A program made the translations under genes and the position numbers. The notes under the pieces were generated by a model. That model had not been told where the DNA came from. It made no database searches and saw nothing but the letters and a program-made list of their open reading frames with translations. From an uncultured delta proteobacterium (lineage in GTDB: Bacteria; Myxococcota; Myxococcia; SLRQ01), in assembly GCA_963727485.1 (NCBI GenBank), contig CAVSGM010000002.1:1088001-1152000 (forward strand): a DNA stretch of 64,000 nucleotides, read 5' to 3'. This document shows positions 1 to 9,052 of the stretch, piece after piece (positions within the stretch are counted from its first letter, which is position 1; each line of letters starts with the position of its first letter).

Positions 1-168
1 CCCCGGGCTCCTGGGGAACGCCGGGATCGGCGCGTCGAGGACGTAGAAGCCGGCCAGCGGCCCGAGAAACCGGGGGCCGGAGGCCGTCGCCGGCGCCGGG
101 GGCAGGGAGAAGTCGCGGCCGCAGGCGGCCAGGAGTCCCAGGGCGAGGATTGGGACGAGGCGCCGCAT
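1..168 (-). CDS. Lipoprotein, N-terminal part (runs off window start)
   Basis: Manual translation from ATG at 168: MRRLVPILALGLLAAC-GRDFSLPP..., a basic N-terminus, hydrophobic stretch and LAAC lipobox; open to position 1. Confidence 0.6.
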   Translation of the reverse strand, partial: MRRLVPILALGLLAACGRDFSLPPAPATASGPRFLGPLAGFYVLDAPIPAFPRSPG

Positions 169-232
169 CGTCGGGCCAGGATACCACGGGCCGCGGGGGC
201 GTCCGGGCGGTCTCCCGGCGAAGGCCCCCGGG

Positions 233-1768
233 TCAGGCCGAGGGGCCGTGCTCGGACATGGCCTGGGCCCGGAACCGGCGCACCGCCTCGGGCCAGGTGG
301 TCGGCGGCGGCGCCGGGAAGCGCGGCGCCCGGGGCCGGCGGTGGAGGGGGACCTCCCGGCGGCCGGGGGTCTCCTCCTCGTCGTCGTCGTCCGGGGGACG
401 CACCGCCGCGGCGGCCTGGCGCACCCACCCCTCGAGCTGCAGGTCGAGGGCCGGGGGCAGGTCGCGGGCGGCGCCCGCCTCGAGCTCGGCGAGCATCGCC
501 GAATCGTCGAGGCCCGCCTCGGCGCCCCGGGCCGCCGACGCCGGGTCGAGGCGGAAGGTGGCGACCACGTCGGCGCGGACCAGCTCGGCGAAGGCCGAGA
601 GGCGCACCACCCGGCCGCAGGCGACCTCCGGGGGCACCACGATCTCGTGGCTCGGCTGCACCACCCAGCCGGCGTCGGCCTGGCCCTCGTCGGCGATCGG
701 GAGCCGCAGCCAGGTGTCGCCGTCGGGGGTGGTGTAGGCCTCGAGGGCCGGGAGCATGGCGCTGACCGCCAGGTGGACGTGGCGCCGGGCCGCGGGCACC
801 GCCCGGCGGAGGTCGGCGTAGGGGGTGATGCCGTCGGTGGCGAGGATCCGCGGGCGCACCGCGGCCTCGAGGGCCTCGCGCCTCGCCCAGTGGCCCGCGG
901 GGAGCTCGAGGAGGGCGGCGGCGATGAGGCGCCGCACCTGCTCGGGGCTCGCCAGCCCCGGGATCTTCACCCCGGAGGCGGTGGGGGGATTGGTGGCGAG
1001 GAGGACCGGGAGCCGGGCCGAGGGCGGCAGGGCGAAGAAGGCCCGGGCCCGGCGCCAGCTCACCTTGGCCCGGCCGCCGTGGCCGGTGACGATGCCCAGG
1101 TCGACCAGGCGGCGGATCCAGCCCTCGAGGTCGCCGGCATCGGCCTGGGACCCGAAGCGCTCCTCGGCGAGCCGGGCCACGTCGGCGGAGTGGGGGCTCC
1201 CCTCGCGCAGGAGGCGCGGGGGCTCGGTGGCGACCGCCGCCAGGGCCAGGGCGAGGTCGCGGATGGACCCCAGGAACACGCTGGCCTTCTTCGCCGGGAT
1301 GCCGCCGGGCAGCGCGTCCCCCGGGCGCTCGTCGCCGAGCAGCCAGAGGAGCGGCCGGAGGCTCCGGGACAGGGGCGGCACCAGGGAGAGCACCTCGGCG
1401 CCCCCGGCCCACCGCGCGCGCACCACCAGGCCCGCCCGCTCCAGCCCGTCGAGGATGGCGACGTGGGCGGCGCCGAGGCGCTCGGTCGCCGCCGCCTGGA
1501 ACACCGGGGTGGGCAGGGGCTCGACCGCCTCCACGAACAGGCGCACCAGCTTGCGCTCGGGGGCGGAGAAGCTCTTGGCCAGGCGCAGGGCCACGTCGGT
1601 CCGCGAGAGGTGATCGACCAGGGAGGCGGCGTCGGTGTGGGGCGCGCCGGTGCGGGTCGCCAGGCGCTTGCGCCGCGCCGGCGGGAGCCGCGAGAGCCGC
1701 TGCACCGGGGCCTGCTCGGCGGTGGCCGAGAGCTCGTCTCCCCAGCGGGTGATCATGTGGCGCTGCAC
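233..1768 (-). CDS. Helicase-associated (Helicase_C_3 / XPB N-terminal-like) domain protein
   Basis: C-terminal segment WVVQPSHEIVVP...FAELVRADVVATFRLDPASAARGAEAG...LPPALDLQLEGW typical of the XPB partner family; GGAGG before GTG 1768 (alternative ATG 1756 overlaps XPB stop). Confidence 0.75.
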   Translation of the reverse strand: MQRHMITRWGDELSATAEQAPVQRLSRLPPARRKRLATRTGAPHTDAASLVDHLSRTDVALRLAKSFSAPERKLVRLFVEAVEPLPTPVFQAAATERLGAAHVAILDGLERAGLVVRARWAGGAEVLSLVPPLSRSLRPLLWLLGDERPGDALPGGIPAKKASVFLGSIRDLALALAAVATEPPRLLREGSPHSADVARLAEERFGSQADAGDLEGWIRRLVDLGIVTGHGGRAKVSWRRARAFFALPPSARLPVLLATNPPTASGVKIPGLASPEQVRRLIAAALLELPAGHWARREALEAAVRPRILATDGITPYADLRRAVPAARRHVHLAVSAMLPALEAYTTPDGDTWLRLPIADEGQADAGWVVQPSHEIVVPPEVACGRVVRLSAFAELVRADVVATFRLDPASAARGAEAGLDDSAMLAELEAGAARDLPPALDLQLEGWVRQAAAAVRPPDDDDEEETPGRREVPLHRRPRAPRFPAPPPTTWPEAVRRFRAQAMSEHGPSA

Positions 1769-3450
1769 GCCCTCTCCTCCACGGCCGCCGAGTGCCCGTT
1801 CCAGTCCTCGACGAGGTAGGTGTAGCCCTGCTCGGTGAGGAACCGCTGCCGGCGCAGGGCGAAGGTCTGGTCCGGGGTGTCCCGGGTCACCAGGGTGTAG
1901 AAGCGCGCCGGCCGATCGTCGGCCTTGGGCCGGAGGATGCGACCGAGGCGCTGGGCCTCCTCCTGGCGCGACCCGAAGAGGCCGCTGACCTGGATGAGGA
2001 CCGACGCGTCAGGGAGGTCCACGGAAAAGTTCGCCACGCGAGACACAACCAGGACCGGCACCTTCCCCTTCCGGAAACCTGCGAAGAGGACGTCGCGCTC
2101 GTCCTGGGGGGTCTCGCCGGTGAGCAGCGGGGCCTTGAGGCGCTTCGCCAGGCGCCGGAGCTGGTTGAGGTACTGGCCGATGACCAGGATCCGCTCCCCG
2201 GGGTTCTCCTCGATGAGGGTCTGGGCCACCCGGTCCTTGGCGGGGTTCTCCGCGGAGATGCGGTAGGGGTCCTGGCCGTGGGCGAGCATCACCCGGGTCT
2301 TGAGGTCGTCGGACGCCTCCACCCGGACCTCGAAGCACTCGGCGGTGGCCACGAAGCCCTGCTCCTCGAGGACCTTCCAGGGCAGCTCGTAGCGCCTCGG
2401 CCCGATGAGGCTGAAGACCTCGGTCTCCTTGCCGTCCTCGCGGACCAGGGTGGCGGTGAGCCCCAGGCGCCGGCGCGCCTGGAGGTCGGCGGTGGTGCGG
2501 AAGAGGGGCGCCGGGAGCAGGTGGACCTCGTCGTAGACGATGAGGCCCCAGTCCTCGCGGTTGAACAGGTCGCGGTGCCGGCCGCGGGTGGCGATCTGGT
2601 AGGTGGCCACGGTGATCGGCCGGACCTCCTTGCGCTGCCCCGAGTACTCGCCCACCGCCGCCTCGGGGAGGCTCGTCTTGTCGAGGACCTCGGCGATCCA
2701 CTGGCGCACCGCGGTGGTCCCGGTGGCGAGCACCAGGGTGTGCATCTTCAGGCGCGCCATGGTCGCCATCGCCACCACGGTCTTCCCGGCGCCGCAGGGG
2801 AGCACGATGACCCCGTGGCCGCCCATGGTCAGCTGCCCGTCGCTCCCCCCGGCCATGAACGCGTCCACCGCCTCCTGCTGGTAGGGCCGCAGGCCGAAGT
2901 CCCGACCGGAGCGGGTGCGTTCCCGCAGCTCGAGGTCGAGGAAGGCGCCGTCGGTGTAGCCGGCGAGGTCGACCACCGGGTAGCCGACACGGGCCAGCGC
3001 CTGCTTCACCGTGCCCCGGTCGGCGTCGGCCACCCGGTAGGTCCCGCCGCCGGCGGGCTCGAGGATCTCGGCGAGGGCCGAGTACCGGGCGAGGACCTTC
3101 TGCAGGCTCGGGTCCTCGACCACCAGGCGCAGCCCGTCGGCGTCGCGGTCGAGGAGGAGCCGACCCCAGCGGGAGATCTGGTCGTCGATCTCCGCGAGGA
3201 TCGGCTCGGGGATGCCGTAGCGGCCGTGGGTCTCGAGGGCCGCGCGGACGTCCCGGGCGGTGAAGCCGGCGGCGGCGGCGTTCCACAGGCTCACCCGGGT
3301 GATCCGGTAGGTGTGCAGGTGCTCCGGGGCCTTCTCCAGGTGCGCGAACGGCGCGAGCGCCTCCCGGCACGCCTGGTAGCCCGGCGCGTGGACGTCCACC
3401 AGCAGGGTGCCGTCCGACTGCACGATGAGCGCGCGATCCTCGGGGCGCAC
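1753..3450 (-). CDS. Bacterial XPB/Rad25-family DNA repair helicase
   Basis: LIVQSDGTLLVDV N-terminus, LRPYQ, LPCGAGKT (Walker A), DEVH, GLTAT, QRLGRILR. Confidence 0.92.
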   Translation of the reverse strand: MRPEDRALIVQSDGTLLVDVHAPGYQACREALAPFAHLEKAPEHLHTYRITRVSLWNAAAAGFTARDVRAALETHGRYGIPEPILAEIDDQISRWGRLLLDRDADGLRLVVEDPSLQKVLARYSALAEILEPAGGGTYRVADADRGTVKQALARVGYPVVDLAGYTDGAFLDLELRERTRSGRDFGLRPYQQEAVDAFMAGGSDGQLTMGGHGVIVLPCGAGKTVVAMATMARLKMHTLVLATGTTAVRQWIAEVLDKTSLPEAAVGEYSGQRKEVRPITVATYQIATRGRHRDLFNREDWGLIVYDEVHLLPAPLFRTTADLQARRRLGLTATLVREDGKETEVFSLIGPRRYELPWKVLEEQGFVATAECFEVRVEASDDLKTRVMLAHGQDPYRISAENPAKDRVAQTLIEENPGERILVIGQYLNQLRRLAKRLKAPLLTGETPQDERDVLFAGFRKGKVPVLVVSRVANFSVDLPDASVLIQVSGLFGSRQEEAQRLGRILRPKADDRPARFYTLVTRDTPDQTFALRRQRFLTEQGYTYLVEDWNGHSAAVEERACSAT

Positions 3451-3452
3451 CG

Positions 3453-5549
3453 TTACTCCTTGTCCTCCGCCGGCTGGTGCTCGGCGATGATCTTGTCCGC
3501 CACGTGGGCGGGCACCTCCTCATACCCGTGAAGGGCCCGGGTATGATGGCCCCGGCCCTGCGTCATCGCACGCAGGGTGGAGGCATACCGGTAGAGCTCG
3601 GCCTGGGGGATCACGGCCTGGATGATGGTCCGGTCTCCGGAGGTGTCCATTCCCAGGACCTTGCCCCGGCGCTGGTTGATGTCGCCCATCACGTCGCCGG
3701 TGGTGCTGGTGGGGCAGGTGACCTCGACCTTCATCACCGGCTCGAGGAGCACCGGCGCCGCCTCCAGGGCCGCGGCCTTGAAGGCCATGGACCCGGCGAC
3801 CTTGAAGGCCATGTCGCTGGAGTCCACCGAGTGGTAGCTGCCGTCGAAGCACTCGGCGCCGAAGTCGATGAGGGGGAAGCCGGCGAGGACGCCCCGGGCC
3901 GCGGCCTCCTGGATGCCCTTGTCCACCGAGGGCAGGAACTTCCCGGGGATGGCGCCGCCGACGATCTTGTCCACGAAGGCGTAGCCCTCGCCCCGGGCCC
4001 TCGGCTTGAGGCGCACGTGGCAGTCGCCGAACTGGCCCCGGCCGCCGGTCTGGCGCTTGAACCGCCCCTGGGCGGCGGCCTCCTTGCGGAGGGTCTCCCG
4101 GTAGTGGACGTGGGGCTGGAAGCTCTCGACCTCGATCCCGTGGCGCTCCTTGAGCTTCTCGAACTGCACCTCGAGGAAGAGCTCGCCGCCGCCGCGGACG
4201 ATGGTCTCGCCCATCTCGCCGTCGAACTCGCTGACGAAGGTGGGGTCCTCCTCGTGGAGGCGCACCAGCGCCGGCCCCAGCTTGTCGTCGTCGCCCCGGG
4301 TCTTGGCGCGGATGGCCAGCGCGCTCTCGGGGACGGGGAACGCCGGGGGATCGAGCTTGAGGGCCCCGGCGCCGGGGGCCACCAGGGTGTCGCCGGTGTG
4401 GGTCCCCTTGAGCCGGCCGACGACGCCGATGTCCCCGGCGGCGAGCCGGGGGACCTCGAAGCGGTCCTTGCCCTGGCTCACCGAGAGGTGGGCGAGCTTC
4501 TCGGTGACGCCGCGGCCGGGGTTGTCGACCTCGGCGCCGCTGTCCACCGACCCCCGCATCACCTTGAAGTAGGACAGCTCGCCCACGTGGGGCTCGCTGG
4601 TGGTCTTGAACACCAGGGCGGCGAAGGGGCCCTCGGGGTCCGCGGCCACCTCCACCATCTCCCCGCCCTCGGTGGCGACCTCCGGCGGGCGCTCGGCGGG
4701 GCTGGGGAAGAGCTCGACCATCTCCCGGAGCAGGGCCTGGGTGCCGTAGGTGAGCTCGGCGGCGCCGCAGAACAGCGGGAAGATCTCGCCGGCGTTCATC
4801 CCCCTCTTGAGGACGTCGACCTGCTCCTGCCGGGGGATCTCGTCGCCGGCGACGTACTCCTCGAGGACGTGCTCGTCGAGGGTGGCGATGGTCTCGAGGA
4901 GCTCGGTGTGCCACTTCTCGTACACCGGCTGGAGGTCGCCGGGGATCTCCTGCTCGTCGTACTCGCCGGTGACGGTGCCCTTCTTGTAGGCGTGCATCTT
5001 CCCGCTGAACAGGTTGATGATCCCGTGGAAGTCGTCGCCGTTGCCCACCGGGATCTCCACCGGCACCACCTTGTCGGTGAGCCGGTCCTTGACCGACTGG
5101 TAGGCGCGGTCGAAGTCGGCGGTCTCCTTGTCGAGCATGGAGACGAAGAGCATCCTTGGGAGGCCCCGGTCGGCGGCGGCCCGCCACAGGGTCTCGGTGC
5201 CCACCTCGACGCCGCTGGTCCCGCCCACCACCACCAGGGCGGCGTCGGCGACCCGGATGGCGGCGGTGGCCTCGCTGGCGAAGTCGAGGTACCCCGGGGT
5301 GTCGAGGAGGTTGACCTTGGTGTCCTGGGTCTCGGCGAAGGCCGGGGTGCAGTACATGGAGATGCCGTGGGCCTTCTCCTCGGGGCGGAAGAAGGTCAGG
5401 GCGGCGCCGTCGGCGACCTTGCCGTGGCGCTTGCTCGCACCGGACACGAAGCAGAGGGCGTCGACGAGGCTCGTCTTGCCGCTGCCACCGTGTCCGAGGA
5501 CGACGACGTTGCGAAGGTTCTTTGTGGTGTAGGCCTTGGCCTGGGTCAT
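3453..5549 (-). CDS. fusA: Elongation factor G paralogue (EF-G2 type)
   Basis: GHGGSGKT, DTPGY, RQTGGRGQFG, DGSYHSVDSS, LLEPVMKVEV; divergent G2 and G4 motifs. Confidence 0.9.
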   Translation of the reverse strand: MTQAKAYTTKNLRNVVVLGHGGSGKTSLVDALCFVSGASKRHGKVADGAALTFFRPEEKAHGISMYCTPAFAETQDTKVNLLDTPGYLDFASEATAAIRVADAALVVVGGTSGVEVGTETLWRAAADRGLPRMLFVSMLDKETADFDRAYQSVKDRLTDKVVPVEIPVGNGDDFHGIINLFSGKMHAYKKGTVTGEYDEQEIPGDLQPVYEKWHTELLETIATLDEHVLEEYVAGDEIPRQEQVDVLKRGMNAGEIFPLFCGAAELTYGTQALLREMVELFPSPAERPPEVATEGGEMVEVAADPEGPFAALVFKTTSEPHVGELSYFKVMRGSVDSGAEVDNPGRGVTEKLAHLSVSQGKDRFEVPRLAAGDIGVVGRLKGTHTGDTLVAPGAGALKLDPPAFPVPESALAIRAKTRGDDDKLGPALVRLHEEDPTFVSEFDGEMGETIVRGGGELFLEVQFEKLKERHGIEVESFQPHVHYRETLRKEAAAQGRFKRQTGGRGQFGDCHVRLKPRARGEGYAFVDKIVGGAIPGKFLPSVDKGIQEAAARGVLAGFPLIDFGAECFDGSYHSVDSSDMAFKVAGSMAFKAAALEAAPVLLEPVMKVEVTCPTSTTGDVMGDINQRRGKVLGMDTSGDRTIIQAVIPQAELYRYASTLRAMTQGRGHHTRALHGYEEVPAHVADKIIAEHQPAEDKE

Positions 5550-5704
5550 GGGGGGTCTCCCGTCGAGGGGGTCTGGGGTACCGCCTAGACGACTCGTCCA
5601 AACGCTTGAGTCTAGGGACCGGGGCCGGGGGTCACAAGGCGCCCGGGGGCGTCTTTCGCGGCTTTTGCGCGCGGCGCGGGCCGGGCCTGCGCTAGGCTCT
5701 CCGC

Positions 5705-6109
5705 ATGGCTGCCGACGACCTCCCCCCGGACCTCACCCTGGGTCCCTTCGCCGCCCAGGTCGGGCTCACCGTCGACCTCGAGCCCGACGGCCGCCCGGTG
5801 CTGCGCCTCGAGCTCGGCCCCGAGCACCGGAACCTCGCCGGGGTCGCCCACGGGGGGGCGATCTTCACCCTCGGGGACACGGCCATGGGCGCCGCCCTCC
5901 ACCTGCTGGACAACCCCGATCACGAGATCTTCCTGTCCACCGACGTCCACATCCGGTTCCTCCGGGCCGGGGCGGCCGAGACCCTGGTGGCCCGGCCGCG
6001 GATCGAGGCGAGGACCCGCAGCACCCGGGTGCTCACCTGCCGGGTCGAGCGCGAGCCCGGGGGCGAGGTGGTGGCGCTCCTGACCGGCCACTTCCGCCGG
6101 CGGGGGTGA
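5705..6109 (+). CDS. PaaI-family hotdog thioesterase
   Basis: HRNLAGVAHGGAIFTLGDTAMG motif, 134 aa. Confidence 0.88.
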   Translation: MAADDLPPDLTLGPFAAQVGLTVDLEPDGRPVLRLELGPEHRNLAGVAHGGAIFTLGDTAMGAALHLLDNPDHEIFLSTDVHIRFLRAGAAETLVARPRIEARTRSTRVLTCRVEREPGGEVVALLTGHFRRRG

Positions 6110-6240
6110 GAGCCGCGGGCCGCGCCCGGGGCCCTGCCGGCGACCGGTCCGGCCGGGCTGCATCCTCTTCTTGACGGGCGCCGGGGGCCGCGCTTACTCT
6201 CCGCCCCCTCGCCGGGCCAGACGGCCCGCCGGGATCGCGT

Positions 6241-6313
6241 GCCCAGGTAGCTCAGTTGGTAGAGCAGGGGATTGAAAATCCCCGTGTCGGTGGTTCGATT
6301 CCGCCCCTGGGCA
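6241..6313 (+). tRNA. tRNA-Phe (GAA)
   Basis: Acceptor GCCCAGG/CCTGGGC, D arm TAGCTCAGTTGGTAGAGC, anticodon arm GGGGA-TTGAAAA-TCCCC, T arm GGTTCGATTCC; followed by CC then a T run (CCA incomplete). Confidence 0.97.
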
Positions 6314-6611
6314 CCTTTTTTCTTGCCTGATATGCCCTTCGGGGCGATCGGCTCTCGGGCTTGCCCCCCACCTCTCGGCCGGGCTGGCGGCTCGGCTGGT
6401 CCTCTTGGTCCTCGGGCTGGAGCCGACCATGGAGTGCCACATCGGGACACACCGGCGGCCACCGCCCCGGATCTCACCTTGGGCAATGGCCCGGCATGTG
6501 CCACAAATGGATCCCGTAGGGCCACACTCCTCCTGCGATGGGGCGGCGTGCGGCTTAGGGACCCGGCAGGTTGAGGACCCCGGCTGGGACGGCCTTCGGA
6601 GGGAGGATTCG

Positions 6612-7034
6612 ATGAACCGAGCGACGCTCGTGGCGATGGTGTTGATGGTCGGTGGCTGTCTTCCAACCCACCTGACCTACGAGGTTCGATCCACATCTCC
6701 AATCCGAACGGCAAGGGCGTCTGGATGGTGGTGGACCTGGACAGGGTGCAGCGGCAGCCAGACGGCAGCGACATCGTCGTGGCCGCGACGGGCTACCGGC
6801 TCTACCACTGCAAGGTCGTCGCCTTCGGCAACCTCGGTGACTGCTACCGAGATCGACATGGGCTGGCTCACTGGCGCCGGCGCGCCCAAGCCGGCCGGGC
6901 CCCCGCCAGGCGGCCACATGAGCCCCGAGGACTGCAACAAGCTCTGGGCGCTGGCGAACTCACTGAAGGGCTCGTCTGCGCAGGGCAAGGTCCTGTCGCA
7001 GGCTCTGCGAGAGTGCCCGAAGGCCAAGAAGTGA
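6612..7034 (+). CDS. Putative small lipoprotein (probably two compensating indels near 6700 and 6846)
   Basis: [24 protein letters not shown] lipobox; the middle reads with better codon usage in the shifted frame ([16 protein letters not shown]...YRLYHCKVV). Confidence 0.55.
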   Translation: MNRATLVAMVLMVGGCLPTHLTYEVRSTSPIRTARASGWWWTWTGCSGSQTAATSSWPRRATGSTTARSSPSATSVTATEIDMGWLTGAGAPKPAGPPPGGHMSPEDCNKLWALANSLKGSSAQGKVLSQALRECPKAKK

Positions 7035-7051
7035 GCGCCCAGGGGGCAGCC

Positions 7052-7852
7052 ATGAAGAAGTGCCCGTTCTGCGCTGAGGAGATCCAAGACGAGGCCATCG
7101 TCTGCAAGCACTGCGGCAGGGACCTCCCAGGTGAGCCCAAGCCAGCCGAGGAGCCGGGCCCGACCTACACCGTGGAGATCAACGGCAGGCGGTACAAATG
7201 CCCGCTCGAGACCCTTCAGGCCTGGGCCCGGGACGGCCGGGTAACCCGTAGCACTTTCGTCTGGAAGCCGGGCATGCAGCACTTCGTCGTGGCCCGGAAC
7301 GTCCCCGAGCTCGCGGCGGCTCTGCCCAAGGACAACACTGGCGACTTCATGTGGATCGGGCTCGTGGTGCTTGGGCTCGTCGTCTGGGCACCGATCTCGT
7401 ACTTCATGGGGTACCTCGTGCTGCTGGTGGCGGGGCCGTTTCTGATTGTCGGTCTCGTGTTCGGTGTATCCGCGATCCGGGGCAAGGGTTACTCGCGCGT
7501 CGCGATAACCTTCGCGTTGGCCGGTGCTGTAGGTATGGGACTTGGTGTTGCAGGCGGACCACCCACCCAGAATGCACCTGCCCAGCCGCCGGCCGTGGTG
7601 GCTCGGTGCGGGGAGCCCCCAGCCGAGAACCTCCACGGCACCTACTTCGTGGTCGACGACTACTTGGCGCAGCATCTGAACGACCCGGACAGCTACGACC
7701 CCATCAACTGCTCTCCACCGGTAGCCACCAAGGCTTGCTACCTGACGACGTGTCGCTTCCGAGCCAAGAACGGCTTTGGAGCGAAGATCGTTCAGACCTT
7801 CAGCTTCACCATCGACCACGGGAAGGTGACGTCGGCCGTGCCGCTGCAGTAG
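7052..7852 (+). CDS. Zinc-ribbon + GYF-like domain membrane protein
   Basis: [22 protein letters not shown] zinc ribbon; [24 protein letters not shown]_2-like segment; about 3 TM helices; C-terminal HLNDPDSY...FRAKNGFGA domain. Confidence 0.75.
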   Translation: MKKCPFCAEEIQDEAIVCKHCGRDLPGEPKPAEEPGPTYTVEINGRRYKCPLETLQAWARDGRVTRSTFVWKPGMQHFVVARNVPELAAALPKDNTGDFMWIGLVVLGLVVWAPISYFMGYLVLLVAGPFLIVGLVFGVSAIRGKGYSRVAITFALAGAVGMGLGVAGGPPTQNAPAQPPAVVARCGEPPAENLHGTYFVVDDYLAQHLNDPDSYDPINCSPPVATKACYLTTCRFRAKNGFGAKIVQTFSFTIDHGKVTSAVPLQ

Positions 7853-8101
7853 CGGCTGCCGTCAGTCCGCACCGCACCGCGCCGTCAGCGCCGCCGGTGG
7901 TTCAGATGGGACACGCGATCCTAGCCCTGGCGCCCCTTCCTCGCGCTGCTCGCGGGGTGCGGCACGGCGCCAGGCGGTGGCAGCAACGGCGGCGGCTCCG
8001 ATGGTGGTGCGACCGACGCTGGGCCCCCTGCCGTCGGCGCGACGTGCACGTCCGGCGCCTGGTGCCTCGGTGACGGCGGGGCACTGGACGGCGAGTCCAC
8101 G

Positions 8102-8230
8102 GGCGCCTGCCTCGACCGCTCTTGCCGGGACAAGGCCATCCGCAAGGGCTTGGCAGACCGGGCTCGGATGCTCCTCCTGAGCGCAGACGGGCTGCCGGTA
8201 AGTAAGACCGCGTGGCGCGTCGGCGTCTCC
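8102..8230 (+). pseudogene. Possible IS630-family transposase N-terminal HTH remnant
   Basis: In-frame KGLADRARMLLLSADGLPVSKTAWRVGVS resembles the RAR(I/M)(I/L)LL.ADG...A.RVGVS start of IS630-type transposases; no DDE domain follows. Confidence 0.4.
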
Positions 8231-8269
8231 GCGATCAGGGACGTCATCACTGTATCCTCGAACCGGCCT

Positions 8270-8866
8270 ATGCACACGATGCCATCGAATCCAGAGGACA
8301 TCTACACCCTAGCCCAGTCCCTCGAGGCAGGCGGTGTCAGCGCGACCGTCAGCGCCCTTCTCGTCTGGGCATGGGAGAGCCTAGAGTCGCTTCGCTATCT
8401 TCTCGAAATTGACGCGCATGTGGTGGAGCTGAATGGGGAGGTTGGTGGGTGGCCGAGGCGCATCGTCGAAGTCGCCCATGCCCGCTGGGGTCTTGTGAGT
8501 GCCGTGACGGCCGTTGATCAATGTGCGGCGGCGGCCGGCCGAGCCTACTGCCCACCGCTGTCAAACGGACGGGAGGACGACATTGCATCGCTCCTCCGTC
8601 CCAAGAGGGCCGAGCACCTCCCAGCGGACCTACACGGGTGGGCTCTCGAGAGCCAATCTACGATGGCGAAGGTGGTCCGTTTTCGAGATGCGTTGGTTCA
8701 CCGTCGGCTGGGAAGGCATTTCGGGCCCCCTCGGGTCTCCGTGGCGGACCTCGAATGGCTTGAAGCCTACCGAGTGGATGCGCTTCTCGGCCTTGCTCTG
8801 GAGCGGTCCGGTTCGTGCGTTCGCGCCATGATCGCACTTGCCAAGGCTGGCCGGCTCCGCACCTAA
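8270..8866 (+). CDS. Hypothetical helical protein with HEPN-like RxxxxH motif
   Basis: RFRDALVHR motif (R at 8684, H at 8699) in a helical-looking ~198 aa ORF with atypical codon usage; start uncertain (8150/8270/8279). Confidence 0.5.
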   Translation: MHTMPSNPEDIYTLAQSLEAGGVSATVSALLVWAWESLESLRYLLEIDAHVVELNGEVGGWPRRIVEVAHARWGLVSAVTAVDQCAAAAGRAYCPPLSNGREDDIASLLRPKRAEHLPADLHGWALESQSTMAKVVRFRDALVHRRLGRHFGPPRVSVADLEWLEAYRVDALLGLALERSGSCVRAMIALAKAGRLRT

Positions 8867-9052
8867 ATCACTTCGACCTCGCCATCGTTTGGTGGCGCCG
8901 TGGGAGCTGAGGCGGTCCGGTCCATACGGCCGCCGGCGGACGAAGCCTTCCGGAGTCGGCGCCTGGTCTTGCCAGTGTGTGCGTACCGTCCTGATCGACG
9001 GGAGACCGGTTCGAGGTCTCAAGTGACCGGCTAGCTGGCCGATTCGCCAGGC

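Noticed and set aside
6314..6322. tRNA lacking full CCA as a defect
   Set aside because: Many bacteria add CCA post-transcriptionally; not unusual
9002..9020. GAGACC-GGTTCGA-GGTCTC hairpin as tRNA fragment/attR of the islet
   Set aside because: Does not match the tRNA-Phe 3' end beyond GGTTCGA; no valid T-arm geometry
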